Source: Ramazzottius varieornatus (Eukaryota > Animalia > Tardigrada). From it: a stretch of DNA of 64,000 bases. Position 1 is the first letter of the stretch, and every line of letters begins with the position of its first letter. This document shows, piece by piece, positions 61,817-64,000 of the stretch. The translations under genes and the position numbers were made by a program. The notes under the pieces were generated by a model. The model was not told the origin of the DNA. It saw only the letters and a program-made list of their open reading frames with translations, and made no database searches. The stretch lies in NCBI GenBank assembly GCA_001949185.1, contig BDGG01000020.1, positions 285,597-349,596 on the forward strand, given 5' to 3'.

Positions 61817-64000
61817 TTAATATTGGCCAGTACCTATCCATCTTTGCAGTCTGCCGGCAACAACTGGTTACCACTCATGACAACTAGCCTACTCATCTTT
61901 GTCGGTTCAGAAATTTGGCTCCGGCGAGCGGGGATGACTCCCTCATATATCTCTCGGACGACGAAGACTATGACCTGTCGGCTAACTCCACGAGTGCTGT
62001 AGCGGCTGCCGGAAATTTGTCCTTGTCCCCCACCCCGTAAGTAAAACCTGCTTTCGTGCATGCCGGCGCGCTCTGTTTGACACAACCCAGCAGCATGACT
62101 TAATGTATACACACTAGATGATCCATGATACTCTGGAGGTTAATTTAACATACAACAGGTGTGCCGGCGATGTCTGTTTTATATACTCCAAAGGTCCGTA
62201 TCTTAGACAAGCGGGCGAAATGAAAAATAATTTTACCTAATATTACACGCATTATAACACAGCGGTCACTGTTTTAAAATGGAACCATGCGAAACTAGTG
62301 ACAAGTCGTCCTCATACGTACCGGAAGACGAAGGCCATGAGATAACTGCGGTTCAGACAAGCCCCAGGGAGAGCACAGAAAACTCGACAGTCTTGGCGGA
62401 GTAAGTACGATTTCGTTCAGATACAATACTTTAAAGTAGATTGGTATAAGCTGATTTGCTGCTTTTTGGAGTGAGACGTCATTTTCAGCGCCAAAACAAT
62501 TTTCAGGAACACCCGTCCTGCCGCTCGTGCTGTTTGCTAACCGAGGCGAACCGAGGCGATCCGTCCGGCGAAGAAAGCGTTTTCGGACCATGTTACAGAT
62601 TGTGAATGATGCACCTGCACATTCAAGGGGGTAACGGCAATATCTGCCGGCGAGGTCGTGGCATTATCTGCCTGCAACTCCCAAACACTATGCGCTGGCG
62701 AGGTTCCAGCACTTAGTGCCGGCGTGGTTTCTGAACTGGGAGTTTTCTGTTTTGCAGTGACTTGAGGTACCGCTGTTTCCAAACATCGGAAAGTGCCTTC
62801 GCCGTCTTGGCGTGGCTCAGTAGTCCCGAAGTTCTTTATGTGTATGGCTGCAGCAAGATGCCTCAGTGCTTCCAAGGACGTGCCTGGTTCGCGGCAATCT
62901 TCGAGCCCGAACAACGTGGGCGGATCTACGGGCTGGTTGCGGACGACGGTAACGGCTGCTGGAAGGACAAGGACCGAAGATTCGGCCATGGCAAGAAGCT
63001 CGACGACGAAACGGCTTCAAAAGAAGAATCCTGGCCTTGGTAGAATCGGAAGACAAATGGAAGGCTTTGCCCTTGGTCACCTCGAATTTCATTCTCAACA
63101 TGGCGGCTAAAGAGGCACTCCAGATAGAAAATTCGCCGTGCTGATGCTTCTTAGACGCGATCCATCTGGAACAAAGAAAGTAGGTCAATAAATTCGCATG
63201 ATACTCGCACTACCTGATTACTCTGCATACTACCGTCTACAAAATCCACAGTACCAATGCACTCTTTCTAAGCGTACCTTCTGAAGAACTCTCACACGTC
63301 TTTGCTGTATAGATCGCAAGAGTTCTCGAGAATCCTGTAACGATGTGTGCTGATTCTGCAGGACCTACTAACCAACTGCACCGCAGGACTTTGAGTTCTT
63401 TTCCGGAAGGTCTTCCAGACACGTTGGTCACGCAGTCGCTTTCTTCGTTGTCTTCATCATCTTCGTCGCCTTCCTCGTCCTCATCATTTTTATCCTCGTC
63501 TTCCTTTCGCTTCGTCTCTGTTAACAAACCCAGCTCATTTGGTACCACTATGAATCGTAAGTAGTTCGCAATGTTAGTGCAAGCTTTGCCGAGATAACTG
63601 GATTACGCTACCTTCGGCATCAGCAGCCTTTTTCTTTTTCTTCTGCTCATCCGCATCACTGAGGTCCATGGAGTCAGTAAAGACCGTAATGGCGTCCACA
63701 GTCTCGTTGACTACAAAGATATCACAGAATGTACTTTGGCGGATATACTTGGCTGTACAGGCCGGCGACCTCAACGTGAAGTACGCCGGCGACCTCACTA
63801 CACTGTATGCCGACGACCTCTCAAAGCGAACCTTCATAGTTTTTATGTCGCGAATGGGGAAACATTTCGGAAAACTGCTCATATCCTACCTGCTTCGAGT
63901 TCCTCGTTAGAAGACTTCTAGAGTTCGTCACTCGATATGGTCGGTAGTCCATCTGCTGGATCGAACAAAGGCTCGATTATCTGGGCGGTGCATCGACTGC

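Noticed and set aside
1-64000. Prokaryotic systems (CRISPR arrays, operons, defence islands)
   Set aside because: Genes are spliced and eukaryotic. No constant repeat with unique equal-length spacers, including at 61611-61816.

Overview
Eukaryotic (metazoan invertebrate) genomic DNA, compact and rich in short GT-AG introns. Intron size, base composition and gene content resemble a tardigrade, but the organism is my inference only. Host genes: EFTUD2/Snu114 (7830-13183, +, 11 exons), a large EF-hand/WD40 gene of the WDY/EFCAB8/WDR49/WDR64 group (16407-25670, +), mitochondrial ABCB8 (42961-46185, +), RNPS1 (46560-47990, -), a MATH-BTB gene with a decayed paralogue, a damaged Ly6/three-finger gene and tRNA-Cys(GCA). 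Mobile DNA: a decayed Helitron (HUH Rep, PIF1 helicase, OTU, plus an OB-fold remnant), an internally deleted IS630/Tc1/mariner element with 233-bp TIRs, an intron-containing pogo-like DD42D element with its MITE, Tc1 and gag remnants, and many MITEs of different superfamilies. The best non-obvious signals are four. (1) Two intronic box C/D snoRNAs with a SNORD37/U37-type LSU rRNA guide, plus a candidate H/ACA RNA, inside EFTUD2. (2) A dispersed ~70-bp hairpin family with a one-sided GATC foot (at least 7 copies, REP/BIME-like arrangement). (3) An intact, apparently spliced Tc1-derived DNA-binding-only gene head-to-head with RNPS1. (4) A basic disordered ORF with the HMGN/Dsup-type RRSARL motif. 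Exon boundaries and repeats were read by eye and family assignments come from remembered motifs; no database searches were run.
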